DNA from: Isurus oxyrinchus
Taxonomy: Eukaryota
Direction: 5' to 3'
Assembly: GCA_026770705.1 (NCBI GenBank)
Contig: JANJGN010000034.1
Location: 5,580,001-5,644,000, forward strand
Length of the DNA: 64,000 nt
The position numbers were made by a program, and so were the translations under genes. A model generated the notes under the pieces. The model was not told where the DNA came from. It was given only the letters and a program-made list of their open reading frames with translations, and made no database searches. Positions 13,350 to 26,449 of the stretch are shown here, piece after piece. Every line of letters starts with the position of its first letter. Within the stretch, counting starts at the first letter, position 1.

Positions 13350-13940
13350 TTTAAGAGATGTCTGAGTCGCTGGCTAGGCCTCCATTTACTGCCCTTCTCA
13401 TGTTGCCGCTCAGAAAGTGGTGGTAAGCATCCTTCTTGAACCATTGCAGTCACTGTCGTGTAGGGGCACCCATAATGCACTTAATGGGGGAGTTCAAGGA
13501 ATCTGACCGAGACAGTGAAGGATAGTTAGCATGCTAAGTGGCCTGGAGGGGAACTTCCAGGCAGTGGTGTACTCACCTAACTGCCGCCGCGGTCCTTCTA
13601 TATGACAGCTGTCGTGGGTTTTGGAATATCCTGCAAAAGGAACCTTGGGGAGTTTCTGCAGTGCATCTTGTAAATCGTGCACACGGCTGCCAATGTTCAT
13701 CATTGGTAGAGGGAGTGAATATGGCTTAGGGTGGACCAATCAAACAGGCTGTTTGTTCCAAGATAGTGACAAGTGCCTTGAGTGTTGCCGGAGATGCACT
13801 CATCCAGGGGAGTGGAGAGTATTCATCTCACGCCTTAATTGTACCAAGGCAGGTTTTCTGGAGCCAGGAGGTGAGTTACTTGCAGCAAGGCTTCTAGCCT
13901 CTTTCCTGCTCTTGTAGCCACACTATTTGCGTGGCCACAC
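13350..13940 (-). mobile_element. 3' fragment of the second LINE family
   Basis: Similar to 9495-10095 and 43980-44570 (gctggctaggcctccatttactgcc tail; gagccaggaggtgagttact). Confidence 0.7.
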
Positions 13941-14199
13941 AAATACTGTTCTTATGCGCTGTTGAGATGAAGAACATTCAGAGAATATTTTTAAACAAAT
14001 GTCCTTTTATACTGTAAACTCACTCACATACCGCTCATGAGTTTCATTAATCTATTGCTTGTTAATTCGATGTAATGTGTCCCAGAATTACAAATAGTAT
14101 TTTCAACAATGCAGCACAGTCATCCATGTCCCAGCACATGGAACACACTGCTTCTTGATTCCAAACGTAAGATGGATGCAGCGATCTAAGAGTTCCTTC

Positions 14200-14435
14200 A
14201 ACCACATTATTGCCTGTGACGTCAGGTGGAGAGGCAACTTAATCGGATTTTCACTTCGCTCCTCCTTAATTCTTTACAAATCCAGCCACTCCTGCGTTCC
14301 CAATCTTGCAACTTTGGCTGAGCAGACCTGCGTTGTGCAACGTGTTCGAGAAGCGTAAAGTGGAGGGCAGCAAATTCGGCGGTAATTAAAACACACCCTC
14401 TTTTTTACGCACCAGCTGTGAGGGACCAGGTGAGT
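14200..14435 (+). promoter_or_regulatory. Candidate intronic promoter / first exon
   Basis: CRE TGACGTCA 14217-14224, CCAAT 14300-14304, locally more CpG, strong donor CAG|gtgagt at 14429/14430; TCACGTGA downstream at 14795-14802. Confidence 0.3.
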
Positions 14436-17400
14436 TTAAAGATCCATTTCACTTTCAGGAGCCAGGGAGAATGTACATGTATAACGTAACGAAGCCGATT
14501 GCAGGATTTTGTTCCGGCATCGGGAAGGCGGGTCTTATTGCGTCGGCTCTCTGGGGTGTTTTCAAATCTGGCTAGCTGCTGGGTAGGGCTGGGGCCTGTG
14601 TCGGTTGGGAACGCACCCTTCACTACGGGGGTGATTGTGGTCAGGGAGTTGTGGTGGTTTGAAAGGCTGGGTGTAGGAGGAGCTCAATGAGGAGTCTGGA
14701 GAAGTAAGCAGAAGATTTATCCCGGAGCTGGAAATTGTTTTATTTTTTCATAAGTTTTCTTTCCTGGGACACTGATGCTAAAAGGCAGTCCAAATCACGT
14801 GACGTTTGCTATTTAAATTGCGTTGTTGTATGGTTCTGAATGCAATGCTCTTGCCGAAAGGAAGTTGAACTCCCTGGCAATTGCCATCCAAATCTTACCT
14901 GAGAAATTCCAGGGATTGTTTGTGATGGTGTTTGGGGTGGTGAGGGGCTGGGGGGTTTGGCGACGGGTGGGGGGGGGTGAGGTTGATACGTGCGGGGCCG
15001 AGGGTCGATACGCCACATATACTGCCCTTCAAATCTGAGAACGACCCATCCAACTGGAATTGATTAAACATTCTTTCCATTGTAAAACTGTTAAAATTGT
15101 TTTATAAGTTTGCAAGTATCTTCAACAGTTGAATATGGAACACTATGTGTGTTTCTGCGACGGGAGAAATGTTATTCCTCTGTCTTGTTCTTGTCCCAAA
15201 TGTACAAAACTGGCACCTACCAGGCAATGCTTGAAATGCCTGTATCTACGCTGCCCACAAACCGAAAGACACATCTAGACAAGCCCATGATACTGAATTT
15301 TTCTAATCTCCATCATCTTCAAAGTGACATAATGTGTGGTCGACAAAGTGGCTGTTGCACTAACAAATTTTTGCTTAAAAATGCTCAGTTTGTCTTCCAG
15401 CAGGACGACTCGGATTCAGACCTCTTGGCAGCGCTAGTCAGAACATGGACAAAATAGCTGAATACAGCAAAGGAGTCCAACGCATTTTCCATTGCATTAA
15501 CGCAAAATCTGGCAAACTGAAGGAATTGCAGCAAGTCCTTACTTAACTAGAATGGTGGAAAGCTACAGTAATTAGTGACATGGCGAGAATAAAAACCTTT
15601 TTCGTTGTTCGAATCTAGCTTATAAACGACAAGGCATCCTCACAGAAGTTCGGCAGTGATGTGTACCCGGGTCAAAGATCATCAGCTGCTGGGAAAGTGA
15701 TCTTCCTTCCACGAGAAGACCAGAAATGAGAATTTTTGCAGAGGTTTGCTCTTGGCTTATTATGATTTTGAAGTACTAAATACGGAGGCAGTCCGGTAAC
15801 ACAAAAAACGTGGACAATATTCGGACTTGGACTCCTATGTGGAAAAAAACTTTCACACCTTGCTGGTGTCAGGCAATGAAGATCTCCTGCCAGCCACACT
15901 ATATCCTGCTGATAGGCTAAGGCAGTGGATTCACTTGATCCATCTCCACCACCCCTCCCCACGTCCCCTCGCACCCATCCAACATATATATATGAGGATG
16001 TACCATTTTTGAGCGATATAACTGGATCAGGTGTTTTCATGAAAACAAAATACTGCACTTTCTGAAATTAAATAAAATAGAAAATCGCTGGCATTATCTA
16101 TGAAGAAGGAAATATAATTACTGATCATTGCCCGTTCGTCAGATTCTCAGAGAATATGAATGCTGTGACTACAAGAGTACGTCAAGGGATGAGAAATGTG
16201 TGGCGATAATGTCACCCACATATTCCCAAAGCCTGCCCACAAATCAGACACAATTCATTAATCCAGCAGAGCACCTTTCAGTTGCCTGGAAAGTGCAGCT
16301 CCAACGGTACATGAGGCTTAACATAAGCTAAGTAAAAAAGAAATGCATTTGTTTGGCATTTCATCCACTGCTTTAGCCATTACTGCTTTCACCAGCAGGG
16401 CACTGTTACAGACATGTTTACCATATGTAATATCTACCAATGTCGCACTCCAACAACAATGAGTACCAGCTGAAAAATGCTCTATGTGATTCACCTAACA
16501 TCCTTCGACTGTTTCGTCCAACTGCCCAAACACAACCCCGAGAAAGAACAAAATAAACAGATGCATGAGAGCACTATCACGTACCAATTCCGGTTCAACC
16601 ATCGCAGCATCACGTCTTACAATTCTGATGTTTTACCTTCACTGTCACTGGATCAAGTCTTGGTTCTCCCTTGCTGGTTACTCTATAATTTTAACTTTTC
16701 AAGATGCACAACGACTGCCCTTGAGACTCCAGAACCACTTTTTGCCTACAGCGAGTGGACAACTAATGGTAGCCCAGTCACTGGCGCTCACATTTCTGAA
16801 AGAAATAAAATAAATCCTTGCATCTAGCCGGTCCTAAACCCAACTAACACAACATAAATCTACAATAAAAACTCTCCGTTGCATTTCCTGCAACACCTCG
16901 TTCATTTTTTGATTCTAAAGTAGAAAAGTCTGTTCCTGAGTTGATCAGTAAATGTCATTGACCTCATTCAAAATGCTTATAGATTTTAAAAAAAAATTGA
17001 CAAATGTATATTGAAATTTAGTGCTAAGCCCCATTGAGGCTTTTGAGAAACATAAAGAATTTTCTGCCATGATGTTGTATGGTTTTGTCTTCAATGCCTA
17101 AAAGAGGATAATATTTTCACATGATCCTTTAACCGCGTCCAGGGCTTAAAAACGTGCCATATGCTAATCATAGCTCTCGTAATCAAACTGAGGAATGAAA
17201 TTATTATTGTTATAGTTGCAATGGTGTCCTGGCTTATCAGATGATACAGGTCTTCCTTCTAAACTGTTGTAGCAGATGTATTGAATTATTTATCTTGATT
17301 ACATATTCATGTTTTCATGTCTAAATAATTGTCTTGTTCAATATTAAACATTGGTTTCTGACTTGCACTCGTCGATGATGTATATTAGCACTCGTTAAAT

Positions 17401-18205
17401 GGTGTCCAGCAATTACGTCATCAACACTGCAAGTAATGTTGATCATGAGTCTCACCAGAAGAAATTACTTAGCTCTCCTCTCGAAAAACTTATTGCACAA
17501 CTATAACTATAAATATGATAAACAAAACAGATCGTTGTTTAACAGAGGTTCAACGCTTTATGAGGAATCTAATATATCAAGTTGTCCTCCAATGTTCCAA
17601 AGACCTACTTCTGCCAGACCTAAATGGAAATGAGACATACAGAGAGAAAAAACAGCAACTTGAAAAATCCTCTCACTTACCAATTGGAAAATTGCATTTT
17701 TCTAACTCAATTCTCATGTCCCTACAAGCACGGTGTGCTCAATAAGAAAATAACATGTGAGGTAGGAGCAGGGGTAAGCTGTTCGCCTCTCGAACCCTCT
17801 CAAAGTAAAAGAAAAGGCCGTTGGAATAGCGTTTGCTTGTTCATATTTCTGAAATAAATTATGTTCCATTAAGCCTTTACATTTAGTTTATTTTGGCAGA
17901 CCTATGGCCTATCATTAGAGAGGTTCAACTACGCTGTGGTTGATCAAGATTCACGGCAGTGGGCGCAGGAAGGTACAGATTTAACGGCAATCTAACTGCT
18001 AATGCTGACTGAATTTATGACCCACGTCACGCTTGAACCAATTCTGGGGAATTCACTGCTACTCTCTTTACATTAATTGTAAATTTGATTTCTAAGGTTT
18101 CCGCATAGTTCTCTTGTCTAACAGATTGTGGTGAATGTGTGAGTTAAACGCTTGTTACAAATTCTTAAGAAAGAAACATCATGAGAGAAAAGTTTTGCAT
18201 TTCAG

Positions 18206-18241
18206 AACTTGACATTCTGCGAAAAGCACTAGATGATGCAG
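18206..18241 (+). CDS. Micro-exon 5, class A, 36 nt: ELDILRKALDDA
   Basis: ttttgcatttcag|AACTTGACATTCTGCGAAAAGCACTAGATGATGCAG|gtgagg. Confidence 0.9.
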
Positions 18242-18794
18242 GTGAGGATAGCACTTTAACGACAGAAACGCTTTATAGTGATTGATTTGTATTGCATGAA
18301 GTCTGGAGTTGTTGACTTTGTATCGGGCTAGAGGGAAGTGGACAAAAAATCATTTGTCAACGGTCATTGGAACCACGTGTTCTACGTTCCTGTTGAAGTA
18401 ATTACATTTTCAATGGTTGACAAAAGGGAGGGCAATGCACCAACACAATTTTATGACAATATTCCCGATTTCACACACTTTCTCTCGATGTTCATTTCAC
18501 ATTGATTATCTTTAATTAGATGCAAGTATGCATATGCCAGGGTGAATCTTAAATGGATCTTACAAGAAAACATGGACAAATTGATGTACATGTCCATTAC
18601 TTTCAAGTGGACCACCCTCCGGGGCCAGTTTAACAGAATCTCTGTGCTGTCACTCTGAATTTGTGCTACTTCCAATCGAGAATTTCAAAGTTTTACTTCA
18701 AAAGCACAAATATGCTGTAACACATTACTCCAATATAGTAATATTAGCTAGCAAGATTCGTTTTATATGCTCAAAAATATTTTTTTTTCTGTAG

Positions 18795-18821
18795 AGAACA
18801 AGCTGCGGAAGTGTAATCAAG
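18795..18821 (+). CDS. Micro-exon 6, class B, 27 nt: ENKLRKCNQ
   Basis: tttttttttctgtag|AGAACAAGCTGCGGAAGTGTAATCAAG|gtaaaa. Confidence 0.88.
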
Positions 18822-20888
18822 GTAAAAAGGGGATAATACTTCAATGAGTTTGGTTTTACTGTTGCTCTTAAACAACTATTGTAGAAGTAATTGAGAATTT
18901 GTATTTTAAACTACCTTTAATGGCAAATTGTTCTTGATGCCATAGTAACACAGGCTTGCTGCAATTTATGGAACTTTGTTTTAACCAGGTTTGCTCTACA
19001 AATATTAGTTTGGATATATTTTCCTTCGATGGGTGCAACGAAGATTCACTGAATTGATTATTGTGAGATTGTGTTCATCCTCTCGGAAAGATAAAACAAA
19101 CTTCAGCTAAATTACCTAAAGTTTTTTTTTTAAGTTGTCATCTCAGGAATCGCATATGATTCGGATGGGGTATTTTTGGAATTTTACTTCCTTTCACACT
19201 CCTTGGTGAATATCGCTGTATAAGCAAATAGGAATATGAGTAGATTATTCACACCATGTTGCAACATCCAATGCATCGTGGCTAGTGAGGAAGAAAAATG
19301 AATCAAATAGTCTCTATTGCCCCGTTGCTCTGACACTGTTTATCACACATGTGCCTAACAATCAAAGTTTTACATTTAACAGTTCTTCTAGTACGACCCA
19401 CAAATTTCAGCATTATGTTCTGACAGCCTACTATTGGTAGCCTGTAGAACTGTTTCCTGATTCTAACCCTGAAAGTCCTGTTTATCTTGTTTTATTCGAA
19501 GCTGCGTATTCCTACGCTTCACATTCATAGTAAATGTTTTTGCTCAGTCGATGCTATCTAGTGCTGTGATGCTAAAATCGATCGTTTCCTTATTCATTAA
19601 CTGTAAATGTCAATCAATGTTCTTTGATTAAAGTACATGGACTCCCAACTCACAATGTGCCATGCACACTGGTATGATCGTTTATGGCTGAGATGAGGAG
19701 CCACTTATTTATTCAGTGGTATGTGGATATTTAAAATTATGTACTCTAGAAATTTGCAGATACTCATCATTCAGTATTTTCATGGATGGGATGAATAATT
19801 TACTGATCTCCGATCACACAGTGATTGGGTTAGGCCCACAACGCGTACTCGACTAGAAGTCGGACATCTGTTTCACCATTGAACCTGGTCAGTGCCGCAT
19901 AATTCATACACCGTGAGGCAGAAAATGTGTGAGAATGAAAATCTCCATGTTCCCGCATGAAAGGGGACAGCTTTTCAGAATCTTTTTGATAAAAGGCACA
20001 TTTCTTTCTTCTTCAATTTCCTGAGTATTTAACAATTTTGTCAAAACTTTTTCATAAGACATTACTTTCAATTGTTGTTATTGCATTTCAGCATTTAATT
20101 TAATAATTAATTAATTGTTGCTCGGTTCTTTAGCCAAAAAGGGTAACTTTCTGTACGACAGAACTCTGCAGTCTCTCTCCACATAAATAATAAAATATTT
20201 ACTGTGTATCTTATTCAAAGTTTATAAGCTCGTATGTTGATACCTTACTTTTTTTTTCTGTGAACCCAATCAGATATATCCTGTGGGGACTCTTCACGAT
20301 TTGCTTCTCCACCTACCTTTGTATCATCAGCATATTTCCTGTGAATGCACTCCTTCCCTTCGTTCTCATAATTATTGTACAATTTAAAGAGTTGAGCCAG
20401 GAAACGCTGAACTGTTATGGTACCCTATTCGGTTTAAGGTGCTAATCTGAAAATGGTCCAACACCAGAGGTCTCTATATTTTTTTCTAATTGAAAGCTGC
20501 AAAACCCCGGGTGTAAGCGACGTACGGCCCACTACTAAACAAAATTCATGTCTTCATAGAAATCATTCAATAGCAAAATGTTAGTCAAAATTCTATGCCT
20601 GAAATATGACAAGGAAATATTCTAAATTATTCAAACTCCAGATCATATCTCTTAAAAGAGCAAGAAAGTTAAATGTTCAGATCGATTATCTTTCATCAGT
20701 AAGATGATAAATTTAACAGGTCTAATCTTAATGCTTATTTAGGGAAAGTGACGAGGAAGGAACACTATTCAACATTTTTGCTCGGTTGCAAAGAACAAGA
20801 GGTTACTTAGAAAACAGCATCGAGCATTATCACTGTATGGATATCGAAAGTTAAAATATTTTACTATTATTTCTCATGCAACACTCAG

Positions 20889-20906
20889 GAGCTCGCAAAG
20901 ACGATG
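20889..20906 (+). CDS. Micro-exon 7, class C, 18 nt: GARKDD
   Basis: ttctcatgcaacactcag|GAGCTCGCAAAGACGATG|gtaagt; ends in GATG like exon 4. Confidence 0.75.
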
Positions 20907-22913
20907 GTAAGTCATACTATTTAATAATATTGTTGAGCATCGATCAATCGTTTATACCTAAATCAATTTGGGAACACATGTAAAACTGGAGCTTTCACTC
21001 AAAACCAAAAATTAAACAATGGAATGAGTTCAGTTGTACTGATCAAGTCAAGACGTACTGAAAAAGGGTGACATCAATGTGAAAAGAAAATTAAAACTGA
21101 ACATTGAAGACCTTCATTGGTCCAATAACATAGTTTCTTCAGTTTCAACGAGCCATGAACGTGGCTTCAAAGCAGTAAAACGATACGAGACGCCTCAAAG
21201 GAGCATTGTCAAACGGACATTTGATATCCGGACCCATAGGAAGCTAGCAAACCATGTCATATATGGGCCAGAATTTTAGCTGGACACTTTGGTTACTAGG
21301 CAAAATAATTTAATATGCCCCAGGGAAATTTCTGTCATTTTCAAGAAAAAAATAAATATCTTATTTTTTTTCTCTATGCACGGCTTGCATTACCACAAGT
21401 GTCTCGGAGACCACGAATCAGTCATCACCAGACATATGCTACTTCTGACATATCATTCCTTTGTAACAAAAGGGAGGAAACGATCACAGACCTGCAAAGC
21501 ACGCATTATCCAGTAAAAAAATGTGTCAGCCAAAACAGGATTCAAATAGCTAATGCCATAATCTCTGGACATCTCCCACAGAATTGCAACATTTGTTCAT
21601 GTTGGTTTACTTTTCTCATGCGGATTTGACCAGCAAGGAAACTTGAACCCATACTGGCAGAACGGTTATTATTTTGCCTGAGTTTTCACAACGATTATTA
21701 TCAATACTATTATTATTTTTCCTCAAGTCAATCAAGGATCTTAATGGTAATCCTGGTGACTCCAGAAATTACTGTCCCCACCTGTGTGCGCCTGGTATGG
21801 CGCCTGGTATGACGCCACAGGTTGCTACCACAATCGAAATAACTCTTCACTAATGAAAACATTGAATGCTACATGAGTACCGTCATAGCCTATATTGACC
21901 ACTTCACATTCTCCTACATTACTCAGTAATCTGATGCTACCGGTCAAAATCACTCCTCCCCAGAGATGCTCTCTCGTCCTTTCATGTATTCCGACTAGCT
22001 ATCTCCTTGTTCTACTGGCTTATATGCGAGTGTGTTCTGGCATGATGTTGAGTTTGAAGATGACTGTTCAAAAACCTTTTTAGCTACATGGCTACCGTGA
22101 TATCTCTGCACGGTATTATTGTTGTTGGCATCTTACTGATTAGTTCATTTTGAAAAATAACTGCAGGTTTGCGGCTGCTTGAACAAGCTCATGGCAAGTT
22201 TATTTTCTATTATTCTATCACTAAGTTTTCTGTGTTGTTAAACCTAAGTTAAGAAGCTGCCGTGGGTATCAATCTCCATCTGCGATATAAGATTATGCTT
22301 TCAAGGTCATATTACGATGATTGAGGAGATAATCTAACCTGACATTTCAAAACACTACTTTGAGAAGTGCTGCAGGTACAAATGTTACGGCCGTTTGTGT
22401 GGGAATTTGCAACGTAAACAGCACTCAATAAGCTTTATAGTATCCATGAGTGGAAGCCAATCCACCACCCCCATGTGTGCAGCGTCTATTTTAATTGTTC
22501 CAAGGTTGACGGCTCAAAGTTCAGCTGTCTTGTAGTTGATGTCAGCTATTCTCTTACTAAAGCAATGAGCCTATCTCTACTCTTTCGGGGTCATTGTGCA
22601 TAACATATCTCTTTAACTAAGTTTATAGGCAAATGCCTTAATGTCTCCCTATAGTGTTATTAATAAATCAAATGGTTATAATTGTTAACCGATTAAGCGT
22701 CAAGAATTGTCGTGTAGATCTCCAGCGATGTCATTTTGGAACGATGACTATTTAAAGGGCGTTGTTGTTAATCAATTTATGGTGATGTTATTGCTATATT
22801 TTAAATTTATATCTGCCAAACTGCTCGCTCACTTCATTTCCTTTTCCAACGTACCTAATTGCTTCCAAATCCAGTTTTGTTATATTTCTCTCATATGGAG
22901 GTTTGTTTTTCAG

Positions 22914-22949
22914 AACTAGACAAATGTAAAAAAGCCTTGAAAGACTCAG
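22914..22949 (+). CDS. Micro-exon 8, class A, 36 nt: ELDKCKKALKDS
   Basis: gtttgtttttcag|AACTAGACAAATGTAAAAAAGCCTTGAAAGACTCAG|gtgatg. Confidence 0.88.
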
Positions 22950-24065
22950 GTGATGAAACAAAACAATTGTTGTTTCAAAACGCGTACATGTATCATGTGT
23001 TTGTACTCTCCAATGTAGGCAACTCTCAACATTTTAAATGTCCATATGTGGATACGGGGTCTGTAAATTGAGCAAAGTTTGCATGAACTGGCAGTGGACA
23101 TCATTGAACACAACATAACAAATGATGCATTAATCGGAGTACACTGGGTTGATCTCAAAATGAAAAACATGTCAATTAAAGTAAATGCCATGAATCACTT
23201 CTTCCCATGCACTGTAATATAAAACTAACTGTCTCTCTTAAATATCTGCTTAGGATACGTTTTGTTTTGAAACTTGCAAGCGTTATATTAATACATATAT
23301 ATATATATTAGTACTGAGGAACAAGTCCTCCCGACGTGGGACTATGACAAATATCTGGCACAATCTAATTAAAGGGGTATTGTGCTTGAAAGATCAAACT
23401 GCGTGATTCATTCCCATGATCCTATGAACCTGTATAAATGAACACGGCGTTGTAGCTGTTATGTTAATGCTAAGTAGTGTAAATAAACACCAGAGTAAAA
23501 TGCTTGCCAGTTATAGGATGAATTGGATCATTTGTCACCTGAAAGTATTTGGTATGCCACCTGTTGACTTTAACAGATACGAAAATCTAGATCAAAACTT
23601 TTTTTTTTTTACGATCCACTAGTACGAGACTGCGCTAGAAAAGAACACTGAAACTTCATTCCATAACATGAATGCAATTTCAGGCACATTGGATATGCAA
23701 GTGGATATGTTATGATTCTTGTGGGACTTGTACATATGGTCAAAACTTTAGCCACAAGTTTAAAAAAGGACCAGATCAAGTCGGCTGCACGTAAAGAGGT
23801 CCTGTACATATTGCATTTTTTTGATATCAATGGAAATGAATATCGCGCATTACGTATAAAAGATGTTTGATGCAATATTGACAATTTGGCGTTGCTGTCC
23901 AAGCTGACTGTCAATGTTAATGGAACTGAACATCCGACATAGATTATGAAGCATTTACAATGAATTTAATTTATTATATGCTTTTTATTTCTATGCGCCT
24001 AAACACACCAGTTTTGGTTTTATTTATTATATCATTTAATTTGTTTATAATTATGTTTTTCAAAG

Positions 24066-24089
24066 TTGAGACAAAGAAAACAAGTGACG
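24066..24089 (+). CDS. Micro-exon 9, class C, 24 nt: VETKKTSD
   Basis: ttatgtttttcaaag|TTGAGACAAAGAAAACAAGTGACG|gtaagt. Confidence 0.8.
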
Positions 24090-25085
24090 GTAAGTTACAT
24101 TAAGAACGTGGAAAAGGCTGCCTGGATAAGGATGGTCACCAGCCCCACGTCATAAAAAGAGAGAGTGCTTCTGGTTCCTACAGCGTGGGTCTGTTAAATT
24201 GTTGTTACGAAATGTGCATTTATGCCATCAAACGTCGCCTCCAGGCAACATTAGTTAATGTTGCTTAACACTTCCTGCAACTTTGCTAACCACACTCACG
24301 AATGTAATGTGTTTCCAGCACAAATATATATTGTGATGAACTGACAATGTTATCCAATTGCACAGTCAGGAAATTAAAGTGGCAATTCTAACCAATTATA
24401 TAGTCAGAAAACGAAGACCCCAGGCCACCTGCTGCTTTAAGGGAGGCCAAATTTTAGAACAAATATTAAGTACATGGCGCTTTAGTTCATTGTGAGAATT
24501 AAGATTAATTCACTTGACTATCGCGAAAGATAATGTTCCAACGATAATGAAATTTTCCATCAATTTGGCACTCAAAGCAGAAACCTTGAACAAATTAAAT
24601 GGACTGAATACAAAGCACCACTGCTCTTATAATGCACCTGATCCCGTTCTCCCATTGAGCTGCTCTGGTTAATAAAGTCACATTCGCTCGATTCTGGCCA
24701 TTCTCTTCTTTGTGGAGTAGTGCCTCCGTTGTTTCTCGTTGCACCATCCGTTTCACCTCTTCCAAAACAACAAATCTCCCAGATATGTAAACTTATATAT
24801 TCACTGAGACTCTTGCTGCTGCCTTGTTCACAGTGTGGACTTCTCACAAGCAGTCTCACTCTCCATTCATTTAAGTCAATCCCTAAACTCTAACAGGTAA
24901 CCATGTCCTTGTTATGATATCTGTTTATTTGTATCCATGTCACGCGATGCCTGATGTCACTGTTTGTGAAGTACATTCGGATTTTTTTTCTTTTTGCAAT
25001 ACTCAACATCCTATTGAAATTCAAGCTGTTGTTAATGCTTGGAATCGCAACAAAATATCTGTCTCATTTTTACGTTTTTTTTCAG

Positions 25086-25121
25086 AACTCAAAGAATTGG
25101 GTGATCTGATAGACAAACTGG
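25086..25121 (+). CDS. Micro-exon 10, class A, 36 nt: ELKELGDLIDKL
   Basis: cgttttttttcag|AACTCAAAGAATTGGGTGATCTGATAGACAAACTGG|gtgaga. Confidence 0.87.
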
Positions 25122-25599
25122 GTGAGAATAATCTGTTATTACCAACTCAGCTTTCATAGCATATCTTTGTTCCGTATTTAGTAATTCCCCAAAGCTATTA
25201 ACTTCAAAATGACAATGTAAAACTCACGCTCCAGTTGCATGAATTTCAATTGTATGGGACCGCCAGCTTTTAGATTTATTACTCCTGCCTGAGAGGCTAA
25301 TGAATAATTGATTAAACTTCTCACTAGGGGTGTTCAAATTTAGTGTTAGCATCACGGCCACCCTCATCTTCCTGCTCTAGATTCTTTTGTGTCATTTGAC
25401 CAAACTTTACCTGATGCTTAGGCGTGAAGGATGGTCACTGCACGAGTGTGGTGAATGCTTCAAATAATTATTCTTGCCATTCTTGACTGGGGCAAAAAAA
25501 AATGTTCACGGTGACTCCAGGAAACAGTAAATGTGGAGATTTATCGTGCAATCAGCTCATCATTATCGGGCTCCATTTTCATTTTATAAAAAGGCCCAA

Positions 25600-26310
25600 T
25601 TATCGTCGTGGAGATTTATTACATGGTGTCTTCTCAGATTGTTTCAATAGATAGACAGTTATCTACATGAACCAGACGCATATGCAAGGTAGATTATTGA
25701 CATTGAGCACAGAAACATTATGTTTTGTGGAAACGCAGAACTGAAAACAAAACACATGAAATACTCTATCTGCTGCACAGGATAAGGGTATTATATTATA
25801 TATAATCGGGTCGAGTGCGGGGGCTGCAAACCATTGGATGATGAGCTTAATCTACCTGTGTTAAGAACGTTCGAGAATGTTTCTCTATAGTGATTTCTGA
25901 GAAGATCAGCATAAACGATGAAGAAAGCTAGAGCAAGTTGGATTTTAAAAGAATGAACGGTTAATTTATTACACATAGAACATCGTGAGGGTAATTCATA
26001 GGGATTATACAGAGAGGACAACAAAACTTGTGGCATGGGGATGGGGGACGAGAAATGGAAAATTCATTTTAATATTAAGAAGAAAACAAGATTTTTTTTC
26101 CCATTAGAGCTATGGGGCCTATGGAATTGTCATCTCCAGAAAACAGTGGAGACTGGGTCTTGAATTTATTCAATGTCGATTTAAATAATTTTTGATAAAG
26201 AGGGAAGTCGAGGCTTATGCTGGTCAAAAAAATGAAGTGCAATTGAGGGCGCAATCACATAAACCATGGCCGTAATGAATGACGGATTATCGTACAGCGT
26301 GTTAATTCCG
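25600..26310 (+). mobile_element. Decayed CR1-type 3' fragment
   Basis: tggaattgtcatctccagaaaacagtggagactgggtcttgaattt matches the CR1 WN.LP..V motif region. Confidence 0.55.
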
Positions 26311-26422
26311 ATCTTCCTTTGTTTCCAAATAACTTTTTTTGTGTTGCATATTGATTTTAAATCTTTGGAGTAATACGTTTATGCATGTCTATGGCCATGT
26401 TAATGACATATTTGTATTGCAG

Positions 26423-26449
26423 ATGATAAGTTGCCCCCAACTAATGAAG
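26423..26449 (+). CDS. Micro-exon 11, class B (Pro variant), 27 nt: DDKLPPTNE
   Basis: atttgtattgcag|ATGATAAGTTGCCCCCAACTAATGAAG|gtaaaa. Confidence 0.83.

Noticed and set aside
14416-14429. 14-nt segment accag|CTGTGAGGGACCAG|gtgagt as an array micro-exon
   Set aside because: Not a multiple of 3 and unlike any exon class; kept only as a possible first-exon donor.
21788-21811. Duplicated 12-mer GCGCCTGGTATG as a CRISPR-like or regulatory repeat
   Set aside because: A simple adjacent tandem duplication with no spacers, in eukaryotic intronic DNA.
23312-23335. 24-nt candidate exon VLRNKSSR
   Set aside because: Acceptor is a TA repeat with no pyrimidine tract and the donor gtggga is weak.
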